From NCBI GenBank assembly GCA_951406725.2, contig OX597834.1, positions 744,001-808,000 on the forward strand: 64,000 nucleotides of DNA, read 5' to 3'. Source of the DNA: Octopus vulgaris (Eukaryota). Position 1 is the stretch's first letter, and the number at the start of each line of letters is the position of its first letter. The translations under genes were made by a program, and so were the position numbers. The notes under the pieces are model-generated. The model did not search any database. It worked only from the letters and a program-made list of their open reading frames with translations, and was not told the origin of the DNA. This document shows positions 27,407-40,984 of this stretch, in pieces.

Positions 27407-28254
27407 AACACACACACACACACACTCACACACACGCATTCGTACACACATACATACACGCACTCACCATTCTCCTTCCAAGTTATGATGAGATTAACCG
27501 AGAAATAAAGTTTAAAAAATGACGGATAACAGCGAATCAAAAAACCCAATTATTTGATGTTCTTTAATTTAATTAGAAAATTTTTTTCAATTCCAATTCA
27601 AGGGTGCCTCTACCTCCTTCTCCTCCTTCTCCAACTACGACTACTACTACTACTACTACTACTACTACTGCTACTCATCCTTTTCCTTCTCCATCTCCGC
27701 GTCCCCTTTCATCTTCCACCACTCTTCCTTCTCTCCTTTCACCTGCGCCTTCCCTCCTCCTTCTCCTCCTCTTCTCCCTCCTTCTCCACCTCTCCCCCAT
27801 CTCCTTCTTCACCCCCCCACTCTGCCTTGCCACCACCTTCACACCTTCTTGTTGGACGCCATATTGCAAGGCGAAGATAGACAGGCAGTCAGACAGATCG
27901 ATGGTAAATCTCCCACTTAATCATATCTGCTGGTGCCGTTGAGCCGTTGAGTAAATAATGAACCTCACCACATCCCGTTTAGCCGCAGCTCCTCACATAT
28001 CATGGTATAGATTAATGAAATGGAAAAGGCTAGAAATAGCAGTCGAACCTAACGGTCTTCCTTCTTTATCAAGAGTGTCCAGTGAGATTTGGTGGCGATA
28101 TGGCTGCTACGGGGACGGGGAGGGGTTGTATGTTATGCTTCCTTGGATAATGTGACGCTAGATGTACAAAGAGGTGAGATGGTCACGTCCAGAATACTCC
28201 AGTTACTGCTGACAACAAAGCAAAGCACCATCATCATCATCATCACCATTACAA

Positions 28255-28440
28255 GTTTCTGATTAAGGCAGAAGGCCAGGAATTTCGAGGGGAGGGGCTT
28301 GTCAGTTACATCGAGCCCAATACTCGACTGGTCCTTTAATGTTATCGAAACCCAGAGGAATGAAAAACGAAGTTGACCTCAGCCGGATTAGAACTTAGAA
28401 CGGAAAGAAACAGAACAGAGATCGTACTGCGTATTTTCCG
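28255..28440 (-). mobile_element. Degenerate SINE family A
   Basis: Reverse-strand similarity to the body and tail of 24308-24553. Confidence 0.55.
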
Positions 28441-28649
28441 ACGGGGTGGCCATCTGGCAGAACAGTTAGGACGCCGGACAAAACTGCTTTTCTTCCGATT
28501 GTTTTATGATTTGGGTTCAAATCCCGTCGAGGCCAACTTTGTTGTTGTTATTTGCTCCTCTCCACCTCGTCGATCACCACTGATCCAGCCATGACCAACA
28601 CAGCATTTATTCACACAATGTATTTCTCCCGTCTTTTAAAATTTTCACC

Positions 28650-28820
28650 TATTTCAATCAGTCAACTATGGTCATGCTGGAGCACCACCAAGGAGGATTT
28701 TCTACTCAAACGAATCGACCCAAGTACTTGTTGTATCCTTCGATTCTGCCAAACCAGTGAGTTGCGGGGGCGTAAACAAACCGACACCAGCTATCAGGCG
28801 CTGGTGAGGGACAAGCACAT
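28650..28820 (-). mobile_element. SINE family B 3' half (degenerate)
   Basis: tttcaatcagtcaactatggtcatgctggagcacc..aatcgaccc matches 31313-31490. Confidence 0.65.
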
Positions 28821-28841
28821 ACACCCCCAACCACCACGCAT

Positions 28842-28897
<56 letters not shown>

Positions 28898-29089
28898 ACA
28901 CATAGAGATTTGGTGGCGATATGGTTGCTACTTCTAGTCATTCAAGTTAACCCCGAGAGGATCATTCATTGCACGAAGCTGGGCTTCAGGTTGTTGAGGA
29001 AAATTTAAAGGAGAGAACGAGGAATGGGGGACAGGGTAGGAATGAAAAAACAAGTCAAAAATAGAAAATGCTAAGATGATTTTATAGTG

Positions 29090-29142
29090 AATCTTTCAGT
29101 ACCGGTTTCGGTCATTTTGAGACCTTTTCAACTGTAACGATT
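29090..29142 (-). ncRNA. Minimal hammerhead motif, U3-A8 variant
   Basis: Minus strand: aatcgttacag TTGAAAA ggtc tcaaaat gacc GAAA ccgg TA ctgaaagatt. Confidence 0.72.
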
Positions 29143-29390
29143 AAATAATTAAATTTAGCCACTGACCATTCAAAATACGACCATTAAGGCATTCCCAGAT
29201 TTCCCCACCCCCTCTCCACATCAGCCTCATTATTCTTCACCTATCCTACCAAGAACTCAAAACGACCTCGAACACACAAGTGCAAACAAGGGAGTCAGAG
29301 AAAGGCAGAATGCTACTTATATCTGAACACTACTACAGAAATATTCTTTTAAAAAAACTTTTCTTCTAATTTTTCTAAATTTAATTATTT

Positions 29391-29443
29391 AATCGTTACA
29401 GTTGAAAAGGTATCAAAATGACCGAAACCGGTACTGAAAGATT
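29391..29443 (+). ncRNA. Minimal hammerhead motif, U3-A8 variant (inverted twin)
   Basis: aatcgttacag TTGAAAA ggt atcaaaatg acc GAAA ccgg TA ctgaaagatt. Confidence 0.7.
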
Positions 29444-29523
29444 CACTATAAAATCATCTTAGCATTTTCTATTTTTGACTTGTTTTTTCATATATATCAA
29501 CTCGTGTGTTCCTTTCCACCCTT

Positions 29524-29586
<63 letters not shown>

Positions 29587-29591
29587 AATAC

Positions 29592-29622
<31 letters not shown>

Positions 29623-29739
29623 CGTATGTATATATGTTTGTATATATAGTATATACATATACATATATATATTCCTCTATGTAAAGAGACACACACATAC
29701 GTATTCCTGTGTGTGTATACATACATATATATATGATAA

Positions 29740-29779
<40 letters not shown>

Positions 29780-29846
29780 CTGTGTGTGTCTGTGTATATA
29801 TATATATATATATGTGTATGTGTGTATGTGTGTGTGTGTGTCTGTG

Positions 29847-29877
<31 letters not shown>

Positions 29878-29878
29878 A

Positions 29879-30248
29879 GGCGGTGGTAAGTAGCTTGCTT
29901 CCCACTCAGTCCGACTGCATGCCACCTTGGTCAAGTGTCTCCTCCTAGAGCCCAAGGCGGGCCAAAGACTTGTAAAGTGGATTTGGTAGACAAGAGCTAA
30001 AACAAGTCCGTCAATTATGTATGCGTGCGTGTGTATGTGTGTTGTGTGTTTGTGTGTGTGTTTGTGCCTGAGTTCAGCCGCCATCGCTTGGGAACCAATG
30101 TTGTGTTCGGCTAAATGATGGATAGAATAAGTAGTAAGCTTACAAAAACCAAGTCATGGAGGTCGATTTGTTTGACTAAAACCCATTAAGGTGGTGCTCC
30201 AGCATGGCCGCAGTCAAATGGTTCGAACAAAAAGAAGAATAAAAGAAT
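29879..30248 (+). mobile_element. SINE family B (CORE-like), diverged
   Basis: gtggtaagtagcttgctt..gccaccttggtcaagtgtct..gtggatttggtagac..ggtggtgctccagcatggccgcagtcaaatg. Confidence 0.8.
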
Positions 30249-30265
30249 ATGTATATATATTTACG

Positions 30266-30363
<98 letters not shown>

Positions 30364-30659
30364 TACATACATATATATATACATATTAATATTTGTATGT
30401 ATATATATATATATATATATATACACATGTATATTTGTGTATATGGATAGAAGGATAGATAGATAGACAGATTGATAGATGAAACAGTATACATACATAT
30501 GAATGTGTCTATATGGGACAATTACGTCCATGTTTGTGTAGACACATATACAAACAAAACAAGCTTTAAATATAAATACAAACAATAAATATATGTGTGT
30601 GTGTGTGTGTGTGTGTCTGTGTGTGTGTGTGTGTGTGTGTTGTGCGTGCGTGCGTACGT

Positions 30660-30800
30660 ATGTGTGTATATGTTTGTGTGTCTGTGTTTGTCCCCACCCC
30701 CCATCTTCGCTTGACAACTAGTGTTGGTGTGTTTCCATTCGACTACAGGCGATGCTCCTGCATGGCCGCAGTCAAACGACTGAAACAAGTAAAAGAATAA
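30660..30800 (+). mobile_element. SINE family B 3' part
   Basis: gtgtttgtcccc..cgcttgacaac..catggccgcagtcaaacgactgaaacaagtaaaagaataa. Confidence 0.75.
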
Positions 30801-31140
30801 TACAATAGAAGAACATATATATATATATCAAATGCTGATCTCGCTGCGCCATTCCGTTGCTGGTGCAAGGGAAATAATTCATTTTTTAAACTCTAAAGAA
30901 AAGTAAAAACGTCAACAGCAAATATTTGTGGGAGTCAGCCGACAGCGAAATGCCGAGTGTTGTTGCCTGACCCTATTGCGATTAGGGACGCTGTTGTGCA
31001 TGGAATTCCTCAGAACTACCCACCGCGTATGACCGGTACCTTTTCTTAGATTTGCCCAACTATTATGATTCTAAGTACATAAGATGAAATAAAGTATTAC
31101 ACACCTGCAGATAATCCTAATTATAAATATATACACACAC

Positions 31141-31264
<124 letters not shown>

Positions 31265-31284
31265 CATACATATATATATATGCA

Positions 31285-31690
31285 TACTCTTTACTCTTTT
31301 ACTCTTTTACTTGTTTCAGTCATTTGACTGCGGCCATGCTGGAGCACCGCCTTTAGTCAACCAAATCGACCCCGGGACTTATTCTTTGTAAGCCCAGTAC
31401 TTATTCTATCGATCTCTTTTGCCGAACCGCTAAGTGACGGGGACGTAAACATACCAGCATCGGTTGTCAAGCAATGCTAGGGGGACAAACACAAACACAT
31501 ACACACACACACATATATATATATATACGACAGGCTTCTTTCAGTTTCCGTCTACCAAATCCACTCACAAGGCATTGGTCGGCCCGGGGCTATAGCAGAA
31601 GACACTTGCCCAAGATGCCACGCAGTGGGACTGAACCCGGAACCATGTGGTTGGTTAGCAAGCTACTTACCACACAGTCACTCCTGCGCC
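31285..31690 (-). mobile_element. Full-length tRNA-derived SINE family B (CORE-like) with (AAAAGAGT)n tail
   Basis: Minus strand ggcgcaggagtgactgtgtggtaagtagcttgctaaccaaccacatggttccgggttcagtccc (tRNA-like), ggcatcttgggcaagtgtctt (CORE-like), internal TA/CA run, LINE-like 3' stem-loop. Confidence 0.9.
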
Positions 31691-31910
31691 TATGATTTAT
31701 TTATTAAATTGTTATTATATATACATATATATACACATATATACATTTATATATATACATATATATATACACACACATATATATATACATATATATACAC
31801 ACACATATATATATATACATATATGTATATATATATATGTATATACATACATATCTATATATATGTATATTCATATACATATATATACACAGATATATAG
31901 ATACACACAT

Positions 31911-31947
<37 letters not shown>

Positions 31948-32006
31948 AAATATATTTTGGCAGGTTATGCATATCATATACACAAATAAAGTGTGTGGTG
32001 GCGTGT

Positions 32007-32175
32007 GAAGGCGCATGGCTTAGTGGTTCCGGTATTCGACTTACGGTCGTAAGGTCGTGATTTCAATTCCAGGCGCCCTGTCCTTAGGCCAGACACTCCA
32101 CTCTGCTGGCAAAAATGAGTTGTACCTGCATTTTTAAAGGATCAGCTAGGTCACAGCATGTGTTGCACTCAATAC
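32007..32175 (+). mobile_element. SINE family C 5' part
   Basis: gaaggcgcatggcttagtggttccggtattcgacttacggtcgtaaggtcgtgatttcaattcc. Confidence 0.72.
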
Positions 32176-32215
32176 GCTAAGGGATGTATACATATCTGTA
32201 TGTATAATGCGCATA

Positions 32216-32543
32216 ATGCATGCATGCATGCATGCATGCATGCATGCATACATACATACATACATACATACATACATACATACATACATACATACATACA
32301 TACATACATACATACATACATACATACATACATACATACATACATACATACATACATACATACATACATACATACATACATACATACATACATACATACA
32401 TACATACATACATACATACATACATACATACATACATACATACATACATACATACATACATACATACATACATACATACATACATACATACATACATACA
32501 TACATACATACATACATACATACATACATACATACATACATAC
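32216..32543. repeat. (CATG)n-(CATA)n microsatellite
   Basis: Seen directly. Confidence 0.97.
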
Positions 32544-33479
32544 AATTTGACTTTATCAAGAGATAGAGAACTGAATAGATGTACAAATCCTTCATCAAAT
32601 CACCATACAATATTTACACTACTGCAGGTCTGTGCGTGTGTATATACATCCGCACATGCTTCTGTGTATGTATGTATCTATGTAAGCATGCATATACGTA
32701 TGTATGAAAGTATGGATTATGTCTATGTATGCTTGTATGAATGAAATTACATATGGAAGTGTGTATGTATGCATGCACGTATATATGTATGGAAGTATAT
32801 ATGGAAGCACGTATGTATGTACCTCTGTATGTATTTACGTATGGAAGAATGTATGTATGCATGTATATACGTATGCTTGTGTGTGTATGTGTGTATGCAT
32901 GCATGTTTATATATTATATGCAAGGATGGATCAGTGTGTATATATATTTTTATATTTAAACATTTTTTCATTGAAATGTGTGTGAATGCAAGAGTATGTA
33001 TATGCGCGTTTGTGTTTTTACGCTGTGTGTATGTGTGAGTGTGTGTGTATGTGTGTGTGTGTATGTGTGTGTCTGTGTGTATGCTTGTGTGTGCGTGCGT
33101 GTGTTAGTGATTTTGTAATCAGACAAAAATAATGTCGAGTTTTGTCCCTTTACGAGAAAAATAACCTCAAGGCAAATTGATCGATATATATATATATATC
33201 GATCCATAAAATGAGTAGCATATTGAAATATATTTGATCTATATTATCAATGAAAATATTTGAAGGCCCCGCCCCTGTATAGCCACTTTCCAGTAATTGA
33301 TATCACGTTAAGAATAAGGGAATATAAGAATATAGATTAAACGCAATGGACTTGTAGTAATGCCGCCATCTTGTAGTTTTTGTCTAAACTCCAGTTGTTG
33401 TTTCCGTCTTGATCGCGGAAAACTCACCAACGAATGTCTTAAACGATAATCAGTTTATTTACCTACGATTTCGGTACAG

Positions 33480-33665
33480 GACCAGTACTTTTCGAAGTCA
33501 ATATCATTGTCACCGGTGCTCTACTGGGTCCTATTGCGTCGACTAGGAAAGGGTGAAAGGTTAATCCGACCTCGTCAGAACTTCAGCTCAGTGCCTAAAG
33601 ACGGACGAAATGCCGCTAAGCATTTTCTCCGTTGTGCTAACGATTCTTTCCGCTCGTCACCTTCA
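33480..33665 (-). mobile_element. Degenerate SINE family A
   Basis: gacgaaatgccgctaagcattt..gtgctaacgattct is the reverse of the family A head. Confidence 0.6.
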
Positions 33666-34709
33666 GGATTTCTGTAATAATTCGTGAAGTCATAGCCTGA
33701 TGACGTGACACAAATCTAAAAATGCATTGTGTCTCCCTGAACTTGGAAAGTTCATCCTGATACTCTGAGCAATAAATTGGGAGTTCCTTAATGTCCAGTC
33801 GATAGGCTTGGCCAGGCTCATATTTAATCTGCCAGCACAATTAAAAAGAAGGGCAAAAACTAACATCATGAACGTCGTCGTTGTCATCACCATCATAATC
33901 AGCAACATCCTCATCACTACCACCACCACTACCAGCAGGAGTACCTCTTTTGCGTCGTCGTCGTTGTCATCATCATCATCATTCTCATCATCATCCCTAT
34001 CATCAGTATCAGTATCATCATCGCCATTATTATCATCACCACCACCACCACTTCTACCAACATCATCCCTCCCACCACCGCCATGGCATCACCATCACCA
34101 CCAGCAGCAGTAGCAACCACAGAGGACCAGGACAGCCAGTCAGTGGTCCAAGACTGTCAATAATCAAAGAACGCTATCCGTATGGTGACCGTTTGAGTAC
34201 CGACGAAAGGCAGGACTGACAGGTTTCTTCACACCACACGAAACCATTTTAGTTTCATTTCCAAAGGCCATATTAATCTTTGTAGGAGACTGGAATTGAA
34301 CGTTAGACGCACGCCGGACGGTGTTGACGCTAATTGTTAGTAGAGTGGAGTGCAAAAATCTCTGAAATCTATCAGATCAGCCAGTTCCATACACTTGTAT
34401 CTAAGAACGAGATTATCCGAATGCGTCAAGATGAACTTGGCAAGTCGCAACGGTTGTTTAAATCTTAAATAAGAACCGTGTGAGTGTTATAATCAATAAG
34501 AATATTATAAACTGTCCGTATTTTGGACAGTTGATTCCACATATTTCAAGTTTGTAATCATCACGATCAATATAAAAAGGGAATTCAAGAATCGGTTATT
34601 CGGCTCTGAACTCGTCATTTAAGGCAAAGAAAACCTATTTGGATTGGATTACATATTTAAGCAGGAAATTGCGGAGGATAACTATCAACAACACATGGTA
34701 GGCGGATGT

Positions 34710-34769
<60 letters not shown>

Positions 34770-35713
34770 ATCTCGTTTTATTAAGAATGGAGAAAAATTA
34801 ATATTTCATTATTTTTTGCTGCGATAGAATTTTCTCTGGAAAAAATAAAAAAGAGAAAGTTTTTTTTTTTGTCGAATTCTTGCCGTTAGAGAAGCTAAAT
34901 TCCGAACTCAATCCATTCTGCTTCTGAACGTTTGCCACGGCTTCAGGTCATTTCATTGATTGGTTATGATGACGGCAAGTTATGACGCCAGGTGCCTCCG
35001 GTCTACCCACCTGACTGCTTCCAATTAATAAACCTCACCTAATTTTAGAATGTTTCCTCTCTCTCTTTTGGAAAAGAAAGCGCAAAAAATAAACAGCAAT
35101 AAATGAGACGCAATTTTCTTTTGCTTTGGAATCATTTTGGCAAGTTAGTCTTTAATTAAAATTCCATTTTATTAATTAAAATTTGCTCTCTTTCTCTATA
35201 ATTAAAAATTACAATTGAAAAATACATGTATTTTTTTCAGACTTTGATGTCATTGAAATAATTCATGCATAGTGTTTGTGCATGACCCAATGGGTAAACT
35301 ATTTGTTAAATAAATAAATAAGTAAATAAATAAATAAGTAAATAAATAAGTAAATAAATAAAAGCGTAAATATTAAAGTAAAGCAACTTGCAGTCAGTTA
35401 TTCTCTTTCCCTCATTTTTATTTCTTCGGTGTAATTTGAGAATGTTTTGTTCAAATCGTTAACTTCCGAGAAATCCCTTCATTACACAGACATCGTTTCC
35501 ATTCTATTCATTATAAATGCTGAGAGTCACAGACAACGGCACTTGTTGTTGTCTTGTAAGAACTCTACAAACATTTTCAACCTTCCAAAGGTGCTTTTAA
35601 TCTCGCAGACAATGGTCTCAGAATCTCAGACTACCGAACAACATGTTATTTGCAAGAATTAAGAAGTGATAGACATAAAATCATGAAATAAGAATAACAA
35701 TAATAATAACAAC

Positions 35714-35769
<56 letters not shown>

Positions 35770-35770
<1 letters not shown>

Positions 35771-36636
35771 GATGGCAAGAAAAGCCCCTTCATGGTAAAT
35801 ACTGCACTAAACTAAACGCAAAAGAAATAGACAAAGAAAAATCCCAGCAATGGTTGAGAAGCCCAGGACTCAAAGCAGAAACAGAGGGATTTTTAATTGC
35901 AGCACAAGACCAAAGCCTCCCCACCAGAAATTACCAAAAACATGTAATGAAAAGAAATATTACAAGTAACTGCAGAATATGTGGAGATGGACAAGAAACA
36001 ATAAATCATATTATCTCTAGCTGCCCAGTCCTGGCTAAGAAGGAATATATTCACAGACATAACAGAGTTGGAACCTACATACATTGGAAGCTATGCCAAC
36101 ATTATGGAATAACAACAGAAAAAAGATGGTATAGGCACACACCAGAAAAGGTCACAGAAAACGAGAAAGCAACCATACTCTGGGATATGCCGATACACAC
36201 AGATAGAGAAATTAAGGCCAACAGACCAGATATAGTTGTCAGAGATCATGAAGAAAAAAATGTTTTCTAATTGATGTATCAATACCGGCAGATGACAACG
36301 TGTCTCTAAAAGAAATGGAGTAACTCTCAAAACACAAAGACCTGGAAATAGAGGTAACTAGAATGTGGAATCTGAAAACAGAAACAATTCCTATCATAGT
36401 AGGTGCATTAGGCATGATAAAAAAATATTCAGACAAATACATAACAAAAACACCAGGACTTACAAACACATATAACATACAGAAAATTGCACTACTAGGC
36501 ACTGTACACATCCTACGCAGAACACTTTCCATACAATAACCATCAGAGCATCACAACAAATCACAGCACATACCCAAGGCACACAGAGCTGCGCTCGGTA
36601 GTGAAGTGAAAGCACGCTATAAAAATAAAACTACTG
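35770..36636 (+). mobile_element. 5'-truncated R4/Dong-like element 3' end (RLE, frameshifted)
   Basis: Nearly identical to 15179-16002, with a 1-nt deletion in the A-run near 36260 and a TAA at ~36321. (TAA)n on both sides. Confidence 0.92.
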
Positions 36637-36654
36637 AATAATAATAATAATAAT

Positions 36655-39600
36655 AACGGAGAACACCGGGGGACGTTTAACATGTGAGAGCGATTAAACA
36701 GTGCTCCGAAATCTATCCACAAACATCGGAAACAAAGACATCGTATGGAGCCAAAAGATAACTGACAAAGGATTGGACTATATCCGAGTAAGTAATACTC
36801 ATTGAAATTTATTACTATTTTCCAAACGAAATGATGTATTTTAACACGATATCATCTCCAACCAAGTAAACATGCTTGATACATTACGATCCATCAACAA
36901 CAGATCATCTCCGGCCCCAAACACCATGTACAAAAAAACTACGAATAAATTAAATAATACCGATATTATTCAACCCAAGAATAACAATCGGGAAGTGCGT
37001 ACTTTGAACCTGTTATACAGAAAGTACGAAAAACTATACGTGCAAAACAATGTGACAACAGCAATGAACGGACCGGTACCCTACGAGAATGACGACCGTC
37101 AAAATAATAGGCCGGGCGTTGTTCCTCATGTCCCGCAAATAAAACCAAAATGGCATAAATGAACACGCGAGGAATACATTTCAATCCTACACGCTTACAT
37201 TACAGCAGTGCTCTACCCAAAGAACGAAAACACAACAGCATATACATATAAAATATGGAAGAAAAATAACATAAACAAAGACTTGGATACAGCAATGAAC
37301 CCTAATAATCTAGCTAACGTACGAAGATATATTCTCAACGCAAAAAAATATCAGAAATAGAAATAGAACATTTAAAAGAAAAAATACATCAGGAAAATAT
37401 AGATAGAAGCCACACAACAATGCCACATAATATGAACACTGAGATAGTAAAACACGAAGACAAACGTAACATTTCCAACAAAAACGATGTAAACAAAAAA
37501 CAAGCCCAGACGGTAAGGATGCATAATAATGCACGACAAGCAGCAAGCCAAAACACGATAGACAAACATACGAATGAGAAAAAAAGCGACACAAATCTAA
37601 AACCTGGAAACAACGAAGGGGAGCCTAATGATTATGATACCATAAAAAGTAGAATAATCAAAGAACTGAAAAACACAGATCTCAAAATGGACCACCGACC
37701 ATACCTCCCAAAAATCAAAATAGACAAAAAACAACATCAATTATAAACAGTATAAACCGAGCGGTCACAGAACTAATAGCCACTGAAACAAATAGCGATA
37801 TCACTGAGCTAAATGACTTAGTATATGCAGCAGCCACTGCAGCCACAAAAGAAGCTGGATGCTCCCTCAAACCCATCCAAACAGGAGTACCACCACCCAA
37901 ACAAACCCTGTGGATAAATAACATCAAAAAAATACAAAAAATGAGAAAAGATCTGCCGATTCTTAATGAAATCAGTAGAAAATCAACGCTACTAAGCAAC
38001 AAAAAGAAAACAAAAATACTCCGCAAATACAACACCACAGAAAAAGATTTACCTGAGATAAAAGAAAAGCTAAAGCAAGATATCCTTGCCAAAGCACAAA
38101 GGATCCACCGGTATGAGAAACGCCAACGTTTCTTTGAACAAAACAAACAGTTCAACTCCAACCCCAAAAAGTTCTACCAAGAACTTGGCAAAAATAAAAT
38201 AGAGATCACTGCAGCATCAACGGCAGAAGAAGTGGAAGAATTCTGGAAAGAAATATGGTCGGCGAAAGAACAACCCAAAAAAAGGAGTATTAAAACAACA
38301 AACTCAGCATCTGAGCAACGTTGGATCCCCATAACAACTGAAGAGGTCACCCAGGCACTGCAAAGACTAAGCAACTGGAAGGTACCTGGGCATGACAAGA
38401 TCCCCAACTTCTGATTGAAATATCTGACAGGAATACACAAAAAGCTGGCTGAAAACTTTAACAACATACTGGCAGAGCCAGAGACAATGCCTGAATGGCT
38501 CACGAAGGGGAAAACCATCTTAATTCCCAAATCCAATGAGACAGCAAAACCAGAAAACTACAGACCTATAACCTGTCTCCCTACAATGTACAAAGCATTC
38601 ACTGCAATAATGTCACAGAGATTAAACAAGCACCTGAACGAAAACAACCTGTTTCCAGAAGAGCAGAAAGGATGCCGCAAAGGCTCATATGGCTGTAAAG
38701 ATCAACTAATGATCAATAAAGCCATAACTGAAGACAGCCACAGAAAGAAGAAAGGCCTCAGTATGGCCTGGATCGAATACAGAAAGGCGATTGATAGCAT
38801 CCCCCACACATGAATCCTCGAAACACTAGCCATTAACAAAGTAGCACCAACAATTATAAAATTCATTGGGCACTCTATGAATAAATGGCAAACAGTGCTA
38901 CAGCTCCAAACAAAAGAGGGACTCGTGAAAACCAAAGCCATCCCCATTAGAAGAGGAATATTCCAGGGAGACACGCTCTCTCCACTCCTTTTTGCTTGGC
39001 ACTGTCACCTCTGTCTGATATGCTAAATAGAACTGGATGCGGATATAAATGTTACGGCAAAACGATCAGCCACCTTTTATATATGGATGACCTAAAACTA
39101 TACGCTACAAATGACAAACAGCTGGAAACACTACTAAAGACAGTTCATGGATTCACCAAAGAAATAGATATGAAATTTGGATTAGAAAAATGCGCCAAAG
39201 AAACCCTGAAAAGAGGAAAACTAGTTAAGAGTAGCAACATCACACTAGATAAAGCCAATGAAATAAGAGAATTAGACCAAAGCCAAACTTACAAATATTT
39301 AGGAATCCATGAACTAGATAAGAAATGAAAGAGAAAATAAAGAAAGAATACAATAGACGAGTCTGGTCAATACTAAAATCAGAGCTCAATGCTAAAAACA
39401 AGATAATAGGTATTAACACTTTGGCCGTCCCAGTTATAAGTTACAGCTACAATATCATTAACTGGACGCTAAATGAACTAACCAAAATAGATAGGAAAAC
39501 AAGAAAAATAATGACAGGATCTAGGATGCATCACCCAAAATCTGACATAGAAAGGTTATATATACAACGTATAGATGGTGGTAGAGGCCTTATAAAGCTG

Positions 39601-39660
39601 GAAAACTACTATAAAATAACCAACAGAGGACTGCAAAAATACCTACTTCAGAAGCAAGGA
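36655..39660 (+). mobile_element. R4/Dong-like element 5' UTR + N-terminus + reverse transcriptase, disrupted and 3'-truncated
   Basis: ORF pieces with YRPITCLPTMYK, EQKGCRKG, AWIEYRKAIDSIPH, RGIFQGDTLSPLLF, HLLYMDDLKLYA, YKYLG and R..GGRGL. Several stops and frameshifts; no APE domain. Confidence 0.9.
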
Positions 39661-40095
39661 TTACCCTGACCACCACAGGTGCATACTTTGAGCAGAACCA
39701 TTCACCAAAAACATTTTTGCCATAGTCACCCATAGTTTCACACATTGATCGGAAGGTAACACTTCCCTCTCCACCTTTCAGGTGGAATTTCAAAGGAGTC
39801 GATGAGAAAAGTGTCTTTCCTCAACCCTTTCAGCATTCTCTTTTCACATGGCCAGTCCACAGAGGAACACCGCCCGACTGCATTGCTGGATGTCGTGGAT
39901 GGCGCGACCCTCATGATCGATAGCGCTGGAAGTCGGATTCCTCCCACATATGATAACTGCTCTTCGGTATAACACCATAAGTCAGCAATGCTCAGACTCT
40001 GCGCAAGTTCGTTCAGAACGGTTTCGTCGCTCTGCGCGCATCTCGAGCAGTGCTCGAACCGGCAGTACTCTTCCAGAAATCGTTGGACTACAAAT
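39661..40095 (-). mobile_element. Degenerate Tx1/L1-type ORF2 C-terminal fragment
   Basis: Minus translation CSRCAQSDETVLNELAQSLSIADLW..KGLRKDTFL..FHLK resembles an eroded CxxC..ET..H...C..W knuckle. The clade is inferred. Confidence 0.55.
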
Positions 40096-40933
40096 CTAAG
40101 GATTTCTAGGAGTTAGATGAGTAGAGAGATGCATAGATAAGTATGTATGTATGTATGAATGTATGTATGTATGTATGTATGTATGTATGAATGTATGTAT
40201 GTATGTATGCATGTATGTATGCATGTATGTATGTATGTATGAATGTATGTATGTATGTATGTATGCATGTATGTATGTAGGTATGTATGCATGTATGTAT
40301 GTAGGTAGGTAGGTATGTAGGTAGATAGATAGATATATGAATTGGTAGACAGACAATCAAATCGACAAATGATGGAGCGTTAACGTATTTAATGGGTGTT
40401 CGATATTTTTTGTGAATTGTTCTTTTGACGCATTTTTCAATCTTTCAATATTCTTTCCATTCTCACAACCAGATTCTTCAATCTTCTTGTTGTTATTCTT
40501 GTTGCAAGATTTCAAATATAATGGTGATATTTGTTACAGACGTGAAATAATAAAATATATCTGACATCTTTCTTAACAATCAGCTCCAGTATGCTGACGT
40601 TTCTACAATAAATATTAACAAAGCCATTGTTTTCGCATCTCACCGATTGAATCTTCGCAAAATCTTCTTAATTTAATCTCAGAAGCAAAGAGACTTCCTA
40701 CATTTTTTCTCATTATTTCTTTGACAATATTATTTTCATTAAAAAATTCTATAAAATCTATTTCAAAGATTCTTGTTAATAAAATATACTTTTATACTTT
40801 CAGTACAAAAAAAGCGCATGGTTTGTAAGCGTATCTCAATATATATATACATATGCGTCTGTGAGCGTGAATACTTATACTCACAAACATATATGTAATT
40901 TATATAAAATTATATAACACACACATACGTATA

Positions 40934-40984
<51 letters not shown>

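Larger units (their letters stand above)
29042..29491. mobile_element. PLE pseudo-LTR-like element with 117-bp inverted repeats, each holding a hammerhead
   Basis: 29042-29158 is the reverse complement of 29375-29491 (one mismatch seen). (TA)n follows on the right. Confidence 0.75.
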
